This document shows, in pieces, positions 13,317 to 25,638 of a DNA stretch of 64,000 nucleotides (position 1 is its first letter; each line of letters starts with the position of its first letter). The position numbers and the translations under genes were made by a program. The DNA is from Lytechinus pictus (taxonomy: Eukaryota). The stretch spans positions 14,200,001-14,264,000 of the forward strand of contig NC_087250.1 in NCBI RefSeq assembly GCF_037042905.1. The letters are read 5' to 3'. Under the pieces are notes generated by a model, which saw only the letters and a list, made by a program, of their open reading frames with translations, did not search any database and had not been told where the DNA came from.

Positions 13317-15462
13317 AACAAGTGGAGCGCCTCTGGCAGTCTCATCTGCATTGCGCAATTCAATAGCAGAAGTGCTGACTTTAAAAACTACTATGAAATA
13401 ATAATTCACAAAAAACACCATTCGAATAATGATACGATAGTACGTTCATTGACCCTAAATGACATTTGACCTTGATCATGAGACCTAAGACTTGTCAGTA
13501 ATACTTGATTACCCGTATGTCTACATTTCATAAACTTTATTAATAAACTTTGAAAGTTATGACAGCAATTTAATAATTACCTCTAACTTTAAATGACCTT
13601 TGACTTTGCTCATGCGTCTTGAAACTCGAACAAAATGTTCAGTGATACTTGATTACTATTATGTCCAAGTTTTATGAAGTAGATCCATACACTTTCAGAG
13701 TCATGATGGTTATTAAACAAATACCCCCAACATGGCCAAAGTTCATTGACCTTAAATGACCTTTGACGTTGGTCGTGTGACCTAAAACTCACCCAGGATG
13801 TTCAATAATACTTTATTACTCTTATGTCCAAGTTTCATAAATCAGATCCATAAACTTTCAAATTTATATGATAGTAATTCAACAAATACCCCCAACTTGG
13901 CCAAAGTTCATTGACCTGAAATGACCTTTGACCTTGGAAGTCGCACAGGATGTTCATTGATAGTAATTACTCTTATGTCCAAGTTTTATGAGCTAGGTCC
14001 ATATAAATTTGAAGTTATGATGACATTTCAAAAACTTAACCTTAGTTTCAGATTTTAAAGATGATTCCGCCAACTTGGTCTAAGTTCATTGACCCTAAAT
14101 TACCTTTGACCTTGATCATGTGACCTGAAACTCAGGTAGGATGTTTAATAATACTTAATTAAGCCTATGTCTAATTTTCATGAACTAGGTCTATAAACTT
14201 TCTAAGTTATGCTGTCATTTGTTTTAATGTTGACCTTGCCGCCGCCGTCGCCGCCGCACAGTGGGCCAGAATGAGTTTGAAAGTGTGCCAAAATTATATT
14301 CCGTGTTATTTTTTTTACCTTTAACAATTTGATTAGGGGTAATTTGAGGCGTAGAATCGACTGAACATAATTTAAAGCCGATATGACGTCACCTTGATAC
14401 CAAATTTTGATTGGCTACTTAAACCTATCTGTGAAAAGATGAATTACGCTAAACAGTGTGTAGTTTATAAACTCTTTGTTACTTTAAGATTGACCTGAGT
14501 GAATGTTGGTTGATGCTTTTCAAATGCCTAAAAAAGTGTGTATGAGATCCTGAAAAAATTATATGGCATCAAAATGATCATCAAATAAAGAAAATAAAAA
14601 AAATCTGAAAATATTAACCGTGCTGTCATCTCTCTGAGAGGGTTTTTGGCTGAAAAGCTTCTACAAGTAACTTTTATCTCTGGAAGAGGGTTAGGTAGCC
14701 CTTATATGCGTTATCAACCTTCATTTTGCCTACATTATGCCCGGAATTCATGTCATTTTCATGGAATTGAAGGAGAATCGACCTCGCCGTGCAAAAATGA
14801 ACGACAATATGTATGCCCCATACGGTGCGCTGCGATGACTGTGCGGTATAAACATGATAAAAATGACCGTTTGGGGGGAGTGATGTGTCAAGTAAAAGCG
14901 GCTCTAACATAAAAACGGGCAAAAACAGACAGCTAAATTTGGTATCAACTTAAAGCTTAGACATCGGGAAAAATGATGCTGTTAGAATTTAGACGGAAAT
15001 CCAAATGTTTATAATGTAATTGCAAAAAACGTGGATTATCAGCCTATTTTGAGAAATAATTTTCATATAAACTACCTTAGAGCTGTCTTTTATCTAATTT
15101 GAACCCTTTCACAAAAAAGATCATGATTATGTAGGAGCCATTTCAGATTCCTACATGAAAAACTTCATGTGAAATGGCCTGTTTTCAACTTCAAGGTTGT
15201 AATATACCTGGCATTTCGCAAAATGTCGCATTTTACGATTTGAGGTAGGAAATTATAAACAACCTTTATGCAAATTCCCGAATGGAATATTTTGCGGAAG
15301 TATTCTTTAAAGTGTTGTCTTTCAGCTGGGCATGACAAAAATCTGAAATTGCCCAAAATGAATTTTGGCGCACTTTTGTTTCGCACCGACCCACATGACT
15401 TTGCGCCGCCGTCGGAAAAGCGGCGCCTACAGTCTCACTCTGCTATGCAGGTGAGACAAAAA
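13317..15462. mobile_element. HINE/Tsp-like element, family 2, with ~165-bp tandem repeats; host of the Transib-like insertion
   Basis: Starts AACAAGTGGAGCGCC..GTCTCATCTGCA; repeat unit ttcattgaccctaaatgacctttgaccttggtcatgtgacc..; ends (GCC)n, hairpin GTCTCACTCTGC-tat-GCAGGTGAGAC, then an A run. Confidence 0.8.
14257..15403. mobile_element. Non-autonomous Transib/RAG-like transposon with RSS-like termini
   Basis: Left end CACAGTG; 5-bp TSD CGCCG (14252-14256 and 15404-15408); inner block AAAGTGYGCCAAAATT inverted at both ends; splits the host's (GCC)n tract cleanly. Confidence 0.75.
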
Positions 15463-16576
15463 TGGGGGAAGTCTCATCTGCATTACGCAATTCAATATAG
15501 CAGCAGTACTGACTTTGAAAACTACTATAAACAGCCATTCCATTGTGACTAGCGTGACATTTACACTAAATTTCAACTTCTTAAGGTTGATAACTTGAAA
15601 ATCGTATATTGCACACTTCTATTTATTTCAATCAAAGTATTGATAATACACATTGTTTACAAAAAATATTGAATTTACAGTCGTTTTTGTAGGAGATATT
15701 TCAATTTGTTTGTTGTGACTCGCGTGACGCGACACTATTTAAGATTCCTGACCTTATTCTATTTGTCTGTATTTTCCTAAGAAGATACCAGACTTTGTTA
15801 AAATTTTCTGAAAACATCTGAAAATAATGTTAAAAATTAATTGACGCCTGACTTATTGTTTTGAGTCAATTGGCATTTGAAAATGTTACTCGCGTGACAC
15901 AGGAGTGTGACTCGCGTGACAAGTATCTTTTTTTTACTACAAATAAAAAAAAAAATCACGATTTTATACAGTAAAATGGGCCGAATTTCATTCAAACAGA
16001 ACACTTATGGTCATTTGCATCCCCTGTATCTTTAAAAGAAAGGAATTTTAAAGTCACGCTATAAATATTACATGAAAGTTAACATGCGGGACTACATATT
16101 GTAATCCCACATGCGTTATTAATAGCATTTAACAACGTTTTTCTTAATGAAAGTAATAATTCAGGCCTAAAAAATTGACATCTGCCTTAAGAATTGCAAT
16201 CATTATCCCTTTTCCCAAAAATATTGTTCATTTTGTGGTATGTGACTCGCGTGACGTACCCTAAAAAACCTTTATATGACTCGCGTGACGGCACTTTAGG
16301 GTGTTTTTTCATAATGAAGGGGTCTCCAGTTGGCAATCTTCTTTACTGGTTCGATTTAGGACTATTTGCTCCTTACTTTTTATCAACTACAAATTATATT
16401 GCGTAATACTTTTTAAGTAAACTAAACTATGGATGTATTTTTGTGACTCGCGTGACACCTTTTCGAGGGTGTTTTTAACTTGAAATATTGTCAAGCTCGA
16501 AAAAGTGCAAAAAAGAAAGTGATGTTAGAATGGCTATAAGATTTGACAGAATAAAATAAATTGTGAATCTACAGAC

Positions 16577-19246
16577 GGTATCAGGACAACTACCCCCTGG
16601 ACAATCACCCCCCGGACAACTACCCCCCGGACAATTACCCCCCAAGGACAATTACCCCCCGGACAATTACCCCCCGGACAATTACCCCCCGGACAATTAC
16701 CCCCGAGGACAATTACCCCCCGGACAATTACCCCCCGGACAACTACCCCCCGGACAACTACCCCCGGACAATTACCCACCGGACAATTACCCCCCGGAAA
16801 ACTACCCCCCGGACAATTACCCCCTAGACAAAGGGAGTGCACAGAGTCATACGTCGGCCGTACGTTTGACGTAAGAAGTACTCAAGACATTCTCGAGTAT
16901 CTTGGAATCAAACGTACGCCGTAAGAAAGCTGTAAAATTGAGCTCCATCCATAGGCAGATCCAGGGGGGCGAGGGCCCCGCCCCCTCCCCCCTATCGGCA
17001 GAGCAAAAAAATGAAAAAAAAGGGGAAAGAAAGAAGAAAAATAAAAAGGTCAGGGGATGACTTGGAAAATGATTAAAAAATATATTTCATGTCACTATAT
17101 TAATTTTTTCACTCGCGCTTCGGGCTCGCATAGCCTGTTCGATGAGATACACAACTTGCTAAATAGGCTGATATGGAGCTTAAAATATCAAGTTTCGAAG
17201 TCAATATACAAATCATATTTCATCTCGGATATCGAGCTTTCATTATTTTTAAATTTACAAATTGATTTTTCAAGTGCTCTGTAAAATGTCCGTTTTATGG
17301 TCTAAATATTAATATTTTCAGCTCAGGGTGCTCGGTCGCATTATTTGATTTGCATAGGCCTACTTCTTTATAAATTCTTACAAACCGTCCTTAAAATCAT
17401 GGACCTATGTTAAAATGCACCTTAAAGGAGAATGAAACTCTTGGAGCAAGTTAGCTTTTGTGAAAGCAGAAAAATCAAAGAATAAGATCAACAAAACTTT
17501 GAGTAAAATAGGACTAGCAATAAAAGAGTTATGAGCATTTGAATGTCGAGATCACTAATGCTATGGAGATCCTCCCATTGGCAATGCGACCAAGATCTGT
17601 GATGTCACACACGTACAACTCTCCCATTTGGACACTGAAAATATACCCCAAAACATCTCTTTTTGCTCATTCTAATCATATGACAAACGATTCATTAATG
17701 ATATAATGTTGTGAAACCTCTGTACTTGTCATCTCATAAAGAGAACACCTCACCTTGTGATAGACTCTATAAAAGTGAGAATATAAGTGAAATAAGTACT
17801 AAAGTAATGAGGGAGTTGTACGTGTGTGATATCACAGATCTTGGTCGCATTGCCGTTGTGAGGATCTACATGGCACTAGTGATCTCAATATTCGAATGCT
17901 CATAACTTTCTTATTATTCATTCAATCTTCCTCAAACTTTCAACAATATGTTTTTTTGATTTTTCTCTTTGATATGGATTCAGCTGGTTTCAAGGGTTTC
18001 ATTCTCCTTTAAACGAATTGTATACTATCATGATTGCCAATTTGTATAGAAAAAACACTGTATTTGATTATGTCATATTGTTTAAAATTTAGTAAATTTG
18101 GTACTTAATTTCCTTCTTTAATGTTTAATTGCTTTCACCCAAGAATAATACACATAACAACACCTTGTCATTAACAAAGTGTTCTTGTGTGTATTATCTT
18201 TGCATAAAGTTTTTTAGCTTACTGTATTAAGTTATAAAGCCACATCTTAATCTGGAATGTGCACCAATTGTTTCATAATTCTTAGCTTCTTGTTAGTTGA
18301 ACTGTTTAAAAAAAACAGATTTATAGGTCTACTTGACAGTGTAAGTGTTCATAGTTGTGTTTTCGACTTTCAATATATCTACCTATAAAGGTGTTTTTTT
18401 TTACGTTTTATCTATTTGCCTGATTTCTTACCTGAAATTAAACCCAAAATAAATATTTAAAAAAATCAGATCAGCTGGAATCAGAAATATTCAGCATTTG
18501 TGATTATTATGACTAATCGTGTTCAATTGTTCTATGAAAACTTAGAATGAGGGCCAGTTTACCAATTTTCTGATGTATATATGCATAGCCAAACGGGAGG
18601 TTTCGGGTGCAAGCCCCCCCCCCCCCCCCATTTTTCATGATGCAGAAGGCGCCGCTAAATAAAAACAAAAAAGGAAAAAAGAAGTGAGAGAACAGGAGAA
18701 AGAGCAATATAAAAGAGAAAGAAAAAGTTATTAACGTATGATAAAGAAAAAAAGTAGAAAATATTTCGGAAACCTGTGCCACCGACCAAAACTTACAATG
18801 GGTCCCGCCTAATTCTAACATTGATGCTGGAGAGAAGGGGGGATTTTCTGAAGGTAATTGTCTGGGGGGTAATTGTCCGGGGGTAGTTGTCCGGGGGGTA
18901 ATTGTCCGGGGGTAATTGTCCGGGGTGGTAATTGTCCGGGGGGTAGTTGTCCGGGGGGTAATTGTCCGGGGGCTAATTGTCCGGGGGGTAATTGTCTGGG
19001 GGGTAATTGTCCGGGGGGTAATTGTCCGGAGGGAAATTGTCCGGGGGGTAGTTGTCCGGGGGTAGTTGTCCGGGGGTAGTTATCCGGAAGTAGTTGTCCG
19101 GGGGGTAATTGTCCGGGGGGTAATTGTCCTCGGGGGTAGTTGTCCTCGGGGGGTAATTGTCCGGGGGGTAATTTTCCGGGGGGGTAATTGTCCTCGGGGG
19201 GTAATTGTCCGGGGGTGATTGTCCAGGGGGTAGTTGTCCTAGAACC
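16577..19246. mobile_element. Foldback/MULE-like element whose arms are 15-bp tandem repeats (GGACAATTACCCCCC)n
   Basis: Inverted arrays at 16584-16830 and 18852-19240; 9-bp TSD TCTACAGAC / TTTACAGAC. Confidence 0.85.
17426..18008. mobile_element. TTAA-flanked (Kolobok-like) MITE, family B
   Basis: TTAA-AGGAGAATGAAAC ... GTTTCATTCTCCT-TTAA; about 200-bp imperfect inverted arms. Confidence 0.85.
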
Positions 19247-20154
19247 TTTACAGACAACAGAACACACTTTATTAGTGTCATTAAAAAAAGTTTTAAAAAA
19301 CCCATACTTTTCATGCAAAGTTGGCATCTCTTAAGGGTCGTGTATCTCGCTCATTTGTAGGTGAAAGGCAGTGAAAAATCAGATTTTACATCCTTTGGAC
19401 ATGTATTTAGCCAATCATACATGTAGATATTCTTCATTTATTGGTTTAACTTGAGATTTGAATCCCAGGGTGTCTAGTTACATGGAATGGCTGTAAAGTA
19501 ATTATTCACAAAAAACACGATTCATATAATGATGTAATACTATGTTCATTGACCCTAAATGACATTTGACCTTGATCATGTGGCGTAAGACTTGTCAGTG
19601 ATACTTATATATAGTTATATATATATGTGTGTGTGTGTGTTCATAAACTTTCAAAGTTATGACGGCAATCTAAAAAAATTACCTCCAACATGGCCAAAGT
19701 TCATTGACCTTAAACTACCTTTAACTTTGGTCATGTAACCTGAAACTCGTACAGGATGTTCAGCGACACTTGATTACTCTTATGTTCAAGATTTATGAAC
19801 TAGATCCATACACTTTCAGAGTTATGATAGTAATTTAACAAATACTCCCAACATGGCCAAAGTTCATTGACCTTTGACCTTGGTAATGTGACCTGAAACT
19901 CGCATAGGACGTTTAGTGATACCTGATTATTCTTATGTCTAAGTTTAATGAACCAGTTCCATAAACATTCAAAGTTATAATGGTAATTCCACAATTGTCC
20001 CCAACTTGGGTAAAGTTCATTGACCCTAAATGACCTTTGACCTTGGTCATGTAACTTGATATTCAGTAATACTTCATTACTATCATGGCCAGATTTCATG
20101 AACTAGGTTCATATACTTTCTAAGTGATGATGACAATTCAAAAACTTTACCTTA

Positions 20155-22960
20155 GGATACATTCGTAGTTCCGAAGCTTCGTTATTCCACAGGTTTGGAT
20201 ATTCCGAAGGTTCCTTATTCCGAAGGTTCGTATTTCCGAAGGTTCGTAATTGCGAAGGTTCGTTAGTCCGAAAACGAAATGAGGTTCGTGATTCCGAAGG
20301 TTCGTTAGTTCGAAAACGAAATGAGGTTCGTAATTCCGAAGGTTCGTTAATCCAAAAACGAAATGAGGTTCGTAATTCCGAAGGTTCGTTAGTCCGAAAA
20401 CGAACTGAGGTTCGTAATTCCAAAGGTTCGTTAATCCGAAAACGAATGAGGTTCGTTAGTCCGAAAACGAAATGAGGTTCGTAATTCCGAAGGTTCGTTA
20501 GTCCGAAAACGAAATAATGTTCGTTAATCCGAAGGTTCGTTAATCCGAAGGTTCGTTAATCCGAAATTAAATAAGGTTCAAATTTCCGAAAATGAAATTA
20601 ATTCATTTTGCTAACAAGAACGGTGTTGTCCTTACAAGATGACATGATATTATGCAATAATAGTAATAACAAACGATGATACATGTGTGTGTTGTGACCA
20701 AAGCATGTAGTGCATTAAGAATAGGCGCCCGGATCAAACATAGGCTTAATTTCTTTTTATCTGAGCAATTATTGCTGCCTAAGCAAATTGTTTAATGATG
20801 CAGGGGATTAAGTGTGTTGGTCGCGTGCGAGTAACCTCCAGATAATAGGATTTGTATTGGAGTGGATGTAATTTTTAATAAGAGCTTTTGTTGGTAATAA
20901 AAATACAAATAATACTAATGATGATCATAATAATCCAAACGATGATCATAATAAAAATGGTAATAAATAATATAAATGTTGATAAAATTTTATTGATCGT
21001 TACGCCTAGTGTTAACAAAGTAAATCCTTTTTTCATGATTACAAAAAATGTTCGTAATGTTTATTTTTATGTGGGGCGTTGTGGCCCAGTGGATTAGTCC
21101 TCTGACTATGAAACAGAGGGTCGTAGGTTCGGATCCCAGCCATGGCGTAATTTCCTTCAGCAAGAAATTTATCCACACTGTACTGCATTCAACCCATATA
21201 AGGTGAATGGGTACCCGGTAGGAAGAAATTTATTAAATGCCTTCCTTCGGGCGCCTAGGCAGCCCAGCCAAAGCCGGGGTAATAATAATAGCCAGGCCCG
21301 CTGCGAGAACAGTTTTCAGAACTGAAATGGCTTCCCTTGATAAATGATACCAATATTATTATTATTATTGTTATTATTAGGCCTACATAAGATTTCAAAT
21401 ATTTTGAGCTCGTGATTCGCTCGCAACATCTCACAAGGATGCCCTTTTAACAATAATTAGGTCCATAATTGACCAAAAAGCAAGTTTTACAACTTCAGAT
21501 TTGAAATTTTGTTCCAAACCGCTTGCTCGCTACTGTTTGCTCGCGAAAAGTGAAACCTAAACATATATCTTATCAATCAAATATAAATTCAAATAACTTT
21601 GCTCAACTTAATTACTACAAAACACACGACTTCTTTACGCAGATAATAATCTCATGGTGGGAATATCCGTTTGCACCAAAATGCCAGTTTTGGCATAAAA
21701 GTGTATATTTTTTTACTTTGCCCCCGAAGGAAATTACGTTCCGCCGCCCCTGATTGAAACATGTATCGTCTTCATGGCTAACTGCAAAAAATCCTTAACA
21801 TGTTACTTTTAGATCAGGTCAGAGCTTTTATTTAAAATTTCTGCTCGCGCCTCTTGCTCGCATGTTCTCTAGTAACATAGGAATTTTGTTTTAAGATCAC
21901 AAACATATTGCCCATTATATTTATTAAAAAATATAGCTCGCGCTTTGCGCTCGCATTATTTAAAAAGGGTTTATGATATTATTTCATATTTACTTTTTTA
22001 TAAGAATAAAGCTAATTATTGACTGTTAGGACTACTTTTTCAACAAAAAAAAAAAAAATCAACTTTGAGCTGCCAATCGGGGAAATTATGGGTGAAAAAA
22101 ATTCGCGCTCCCCCTATTGGCGAAAGCTGGATCCACGGGGGGCAGGGGGCACTTGCACCCCCAAAATAAATAAAAATTCTGGTCAGTATATTTAAGCTCG
22201 CGCTTTCCGCTCGTGTTAATTCTTTAGTTAGATCTTGGACCCTAGGGTCCATGGTTAGATGCACATCTTTTTAATGATAGCAGAAACCTGCTCGGAAGTT
22301 TTTATTTTCATTTCTTATTGAAATGTCCTAAGGTTTGAGCTTGTGATTCACGCTCGCAACACCTCCCAATAATGCCATTTTAACAGTAATTGACCGCAAA
22401 AACGGGTTTTACAACTTCAGCTTTGATTTTTTTTCCAAACCGCTCGCTTATTACACTCTCTCGCGAAAAATAAAGCCTAAATATATATATTTCCATAATC
22501 AAAAGTCACTTCAAAAAGGTTTTTATCTACTTAATTACTATAAAACACACAATGACTTCACGCAGATGATAATCTCATGGTAAAAATATCACCAAAGTGC
22601 CCATTTTGAGGTACGAGTTTCATTTATGGCTTTGCCCCCAAAACGAAAATTCGTTCGGCCGCCCTTGCCTTTCCATCCTCATAACAATTGAACAGCAACG
22701 GTATTTCTCCCCCCCCACCACCACACTTGCCCTTCCTCTTCTTTCCCGGTTTTCATTTTTTGGATTAACGAACCTTCGGAATAACGAATCTTATTTCGTT
22801 TTCGGATTGTCGAACCTTCAAAACAACGAACCTTATTTCGTTTTTGGATTAACGAACCTTCGGAACAACGAACCTTATTTCGTTTTCGGATTAACGAACC
22901 TTCGGAACAACGAACCTTATTTCGTTTTCGGATCATCGAACCTTCGGAATTAAGAAGTGC
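20155..22960. mobile_element. Foldback element with (CCGAAGGTTCG/CCGAAAACGAAAT) tandem-repeat arms
   Basis: Array at 20160-20595 is the reverse complement of the array at 22760-22950; interrupts a family-2 HINE; no clear TSD. Confidence 0.7.
21073..21380 (+). mobile_element. tRNA-derived SINE
   Basis: tRNA-like head with A box TGGCCCAGTGG and B box GGTTCGGATCC, body ..aagaaatttatccaca..aatgggtacccgg.., (ATT)n tail; homologous copies at 44070-44297 and 39400-39596. Confidence 0.85.
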
Positions 22961-23122
22961 AAGATTCTGATATTGATTCCCCCCAACATGGTCTAAGTTC
23001 AATGACCCTAATAAAATGACCTTTGACATTGATCATGTGACCTAAACCTCAAGCAGGATGTTCAGAAATACTTGATTAACCATTTTCTCAAGTTTCATGA
23101 ACTAGGTCTACATACTTCTTAA

Positions 23123-23706
23123 AGGGGAATGAAACTTTTAGAACATGTGGACTTGTGTGGAAACAGAAAAATCAAAGAATAAGAACATAGAAAATTTGAC
23201 GAAAATCGGACAAATAATGAGAAAGTTATGAGCATCTGATTATTGCGATCACTAATGCTATGGATATCCTCCAATTGGCAATGCGAAAAAGATGCGTGAT
23301 GTCACATGTGAACAACTTTCCCTGTGATGGACTATAACATTCCCATAAATTGTCTCTTTTTGCTCCTTCTCATGGTGATACAAACTCTTTATTCATAATT
23401 TATTCTGTGAAAATCTGTATTACATGCCCTCCTATAGAAAGAATACATGATCTACTGATAGAAGTGATAAAAAAGGCAGTTTAAGTGTAATACATACAAA
23501 AGTAATGGGAAAGTTGTTCACATGTGTCATCACACATCTTTGTTGCATTGCCAACTAGAGGATCTACATTACAATAATGATCTAAACTTCAAATGCTCAT
23601 AACTTTCTTGTTATTTATTCAATTTTTCTCAAAATTTCATTGATCCGTTTCTTTGATTTTTTCTGTTTTCACACAAGCTACTTAGTTCCAAAGGTTAAAT
23701 TTCCCT
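23123..23706. mobile_element. TTAA-flanked (Kolobok-like) MITE, family B, second copy
   Basis: TTAA at 23119-23122 and 23707-23710; homologous to 17426-18008. Confidence 0.85.
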
Positions 23707-25575
23707 TTAAGTTATGCTGTCATTTTTCAAAATTTAACCTTCGGTTAAGATTTGATGTTGACGCCGCCGTCGGAAAACCGGCGCCTATAGTCTCGCTCTG
23801 TTATGCAGGCGAGACAAAAAGAAGGAAAAAGAAGAAGAGGAAGACGAGTGAATAAATTCTAATATGATGACGTAATGTCCCGGTCCTATGTAAATAGTAA
23901 TAATAATGAAAAATGTCAGCTCTTTATTATTAAGTGCGATCCATATCCACCTCATAATTATCCTACAAAGTGCTTGAAACCTAGAATTTGGATTGACCCT
24001 TTTCAGATCGGAATTTGAAATATTTTGTACTCGCGCTTCGAGCACGCTTTACTGATTTTCATGATAAACAGTTTTAGAATGCCTAGAGTTTAGGTCTAAA
24101 TCTGAAAAATGCGCACGCATGTTTATTCAGATACGCAGCTTGTTCTCTATTTAAATCATTGTCCCGTTCCAGATCAGAATATCGAAAGAGAAATCTGCTC
24201 GCATCTGCTCTCGCATTATATCCCCCAATTATTCATCCGTTTCATGATTTACAAAACATGAATAGAGTGTCCCGTTTTTATGTCTAAATCTAGAATTTTT
24301 CCGCACGCGCTTCGCGCTCGCATCGATTGTTTAGTTATTAACCTATCCTGTTCGCGATTACAAAATGTGCCTAGAATTTCCATTCTCAATGTAGAAATGT
24401 CAAAAAGTTTCAGCTCACGCTTTGCACTCGCTTTATTTGATTGTTATTTAACATCCCCATGGCTACTTCAAGCAGTCCTTAAAGCTCCCTCACACTTGAC
24501 CGAATGTAGGCAGACGAAGGGTGACGAATGGGAAAAAGTGTTATTACATTTGTGGGCGTTATTACATTTGTGGGTGCAACAGCCCCCCAAACAAAAATTC
24601 GTTCGGCCGCCCTTGCCTTTCTATCCTCATAACAATTGAACAGCAACGGTATTTCTCCCCCCCCCCTCACCACCACACTTGCCCTTCCTCTTCTTTCCCG
24701 GTTTTCATTTTTTGGATTAACGAACATTTGGAATAACGAATCTTATTTCGTTTTCGGATTATCGAACCTTTGAAACAACGAACCTTATTTCGTTTTCGGA
24801 TTAACGAACCTTCGGAACAACAAACCTTATTTAAATACTTGATTAACCATTTTCTCAAGTTTCATGAACTAGGTCTACATACTCTTAATTTATGCTGTCA
24901 TTTTTCCAAATTTAACCTTCGGTTAAGATTTGGTGTTGTTGACGCCGCCGCCGTCGGAAAACCGGCAAAAAAGGAGGAAAAAGAAGAGGAGGAAGACGAG
25001 TGAATAAATTATAATATGATGACATAATGTCATTAGAATGTCCCGGTCCTATTTAAATAGTAATAATAATGAAACATGTCAGCTCTTTATTATTAAGTGC
25101 GATCCATATCCACCTCATAATTAACCTACAAATTGCTTGAAACCTAGAATTTGAATTGACCCTTTTCAGATCGGAATATGAAATATTTTGTACACGCGCT
25201 TCGAGCACGCTTTATTGATTTTCATGATAAAAACGTTTTAGAATGCCTAGAGTTTAAGTCTAAATCTGAAAAACGCGCGCGCATGTTTATTCAGATACGC
25301 AGCTTGTTCTCTATTTAAATAATTTCTCTTTTTTCCTGATGAAGCCCTATGGGCGAAAATTTGATCTAACTTTTCTCTCTACGGTTGTTTTATTCACCTT
25401 GTATTTTGCTTTATACTACCACAACCGACGCAGGACCTTCATTTTTATATATTTATATATATATTTATATATTTGTTTATATATATGCCTACCATTGTTC
25501 TCTTCATCCATTTCTTTCACAAAATATTTAAATGAAAGAGTTGCCAAAGCTGTTATACATGTAAAATATCACACA

Positions 25576-25630
<55 letters not shown>

Positions 25631-25638
25631 TGTTTATT

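Larger units (their letters stand above)
15532..19493. mobile_element. TIR element (CAGCCATTCCAT..ATGGAATGGCTG) with 4-bp TAAA TSD and repeated GTGACTCGCGTGAC motif
   Basis: 12-bp perfect TIR; TAAA at 15528-15531 and 19494-19497; removing it restores the host sequence actactataaagtaatt. Confidence 0.75.
15463..23820. mobile_element. Second family-2 HINE copy, head-to-tail with the first and expanded by nested insertions
   Basis: Family-2 segments at 15463-15531, 19494-20155, 22960-23122 and 23707-23820 join into one element with the terminal hairpin. Confidence 0.75.

Noticed and set aside
16534..16874. ORFs with PPGQL/PPDNY/GGNCP repeats (also 18815-19327) resembling repetitive structural proteins
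   Set aside because: They are translations of the 15-bp foldback arms, open in several frames on both strands and bounded by a 9-bp TSD.
20109..20600. Regular repeats resembling a CRISPR array or a repeat protein (also 22760-22950, 13440-14200)
   Set aside because: Contiguous tandem units without unique spacers, no cas genes, eukaryotic context.
21073..21145. tRNA gene
   Set aside because: The head runs directly into a SINE body and (ATT)n tail, and diverged copies exist elsewhere in the window.
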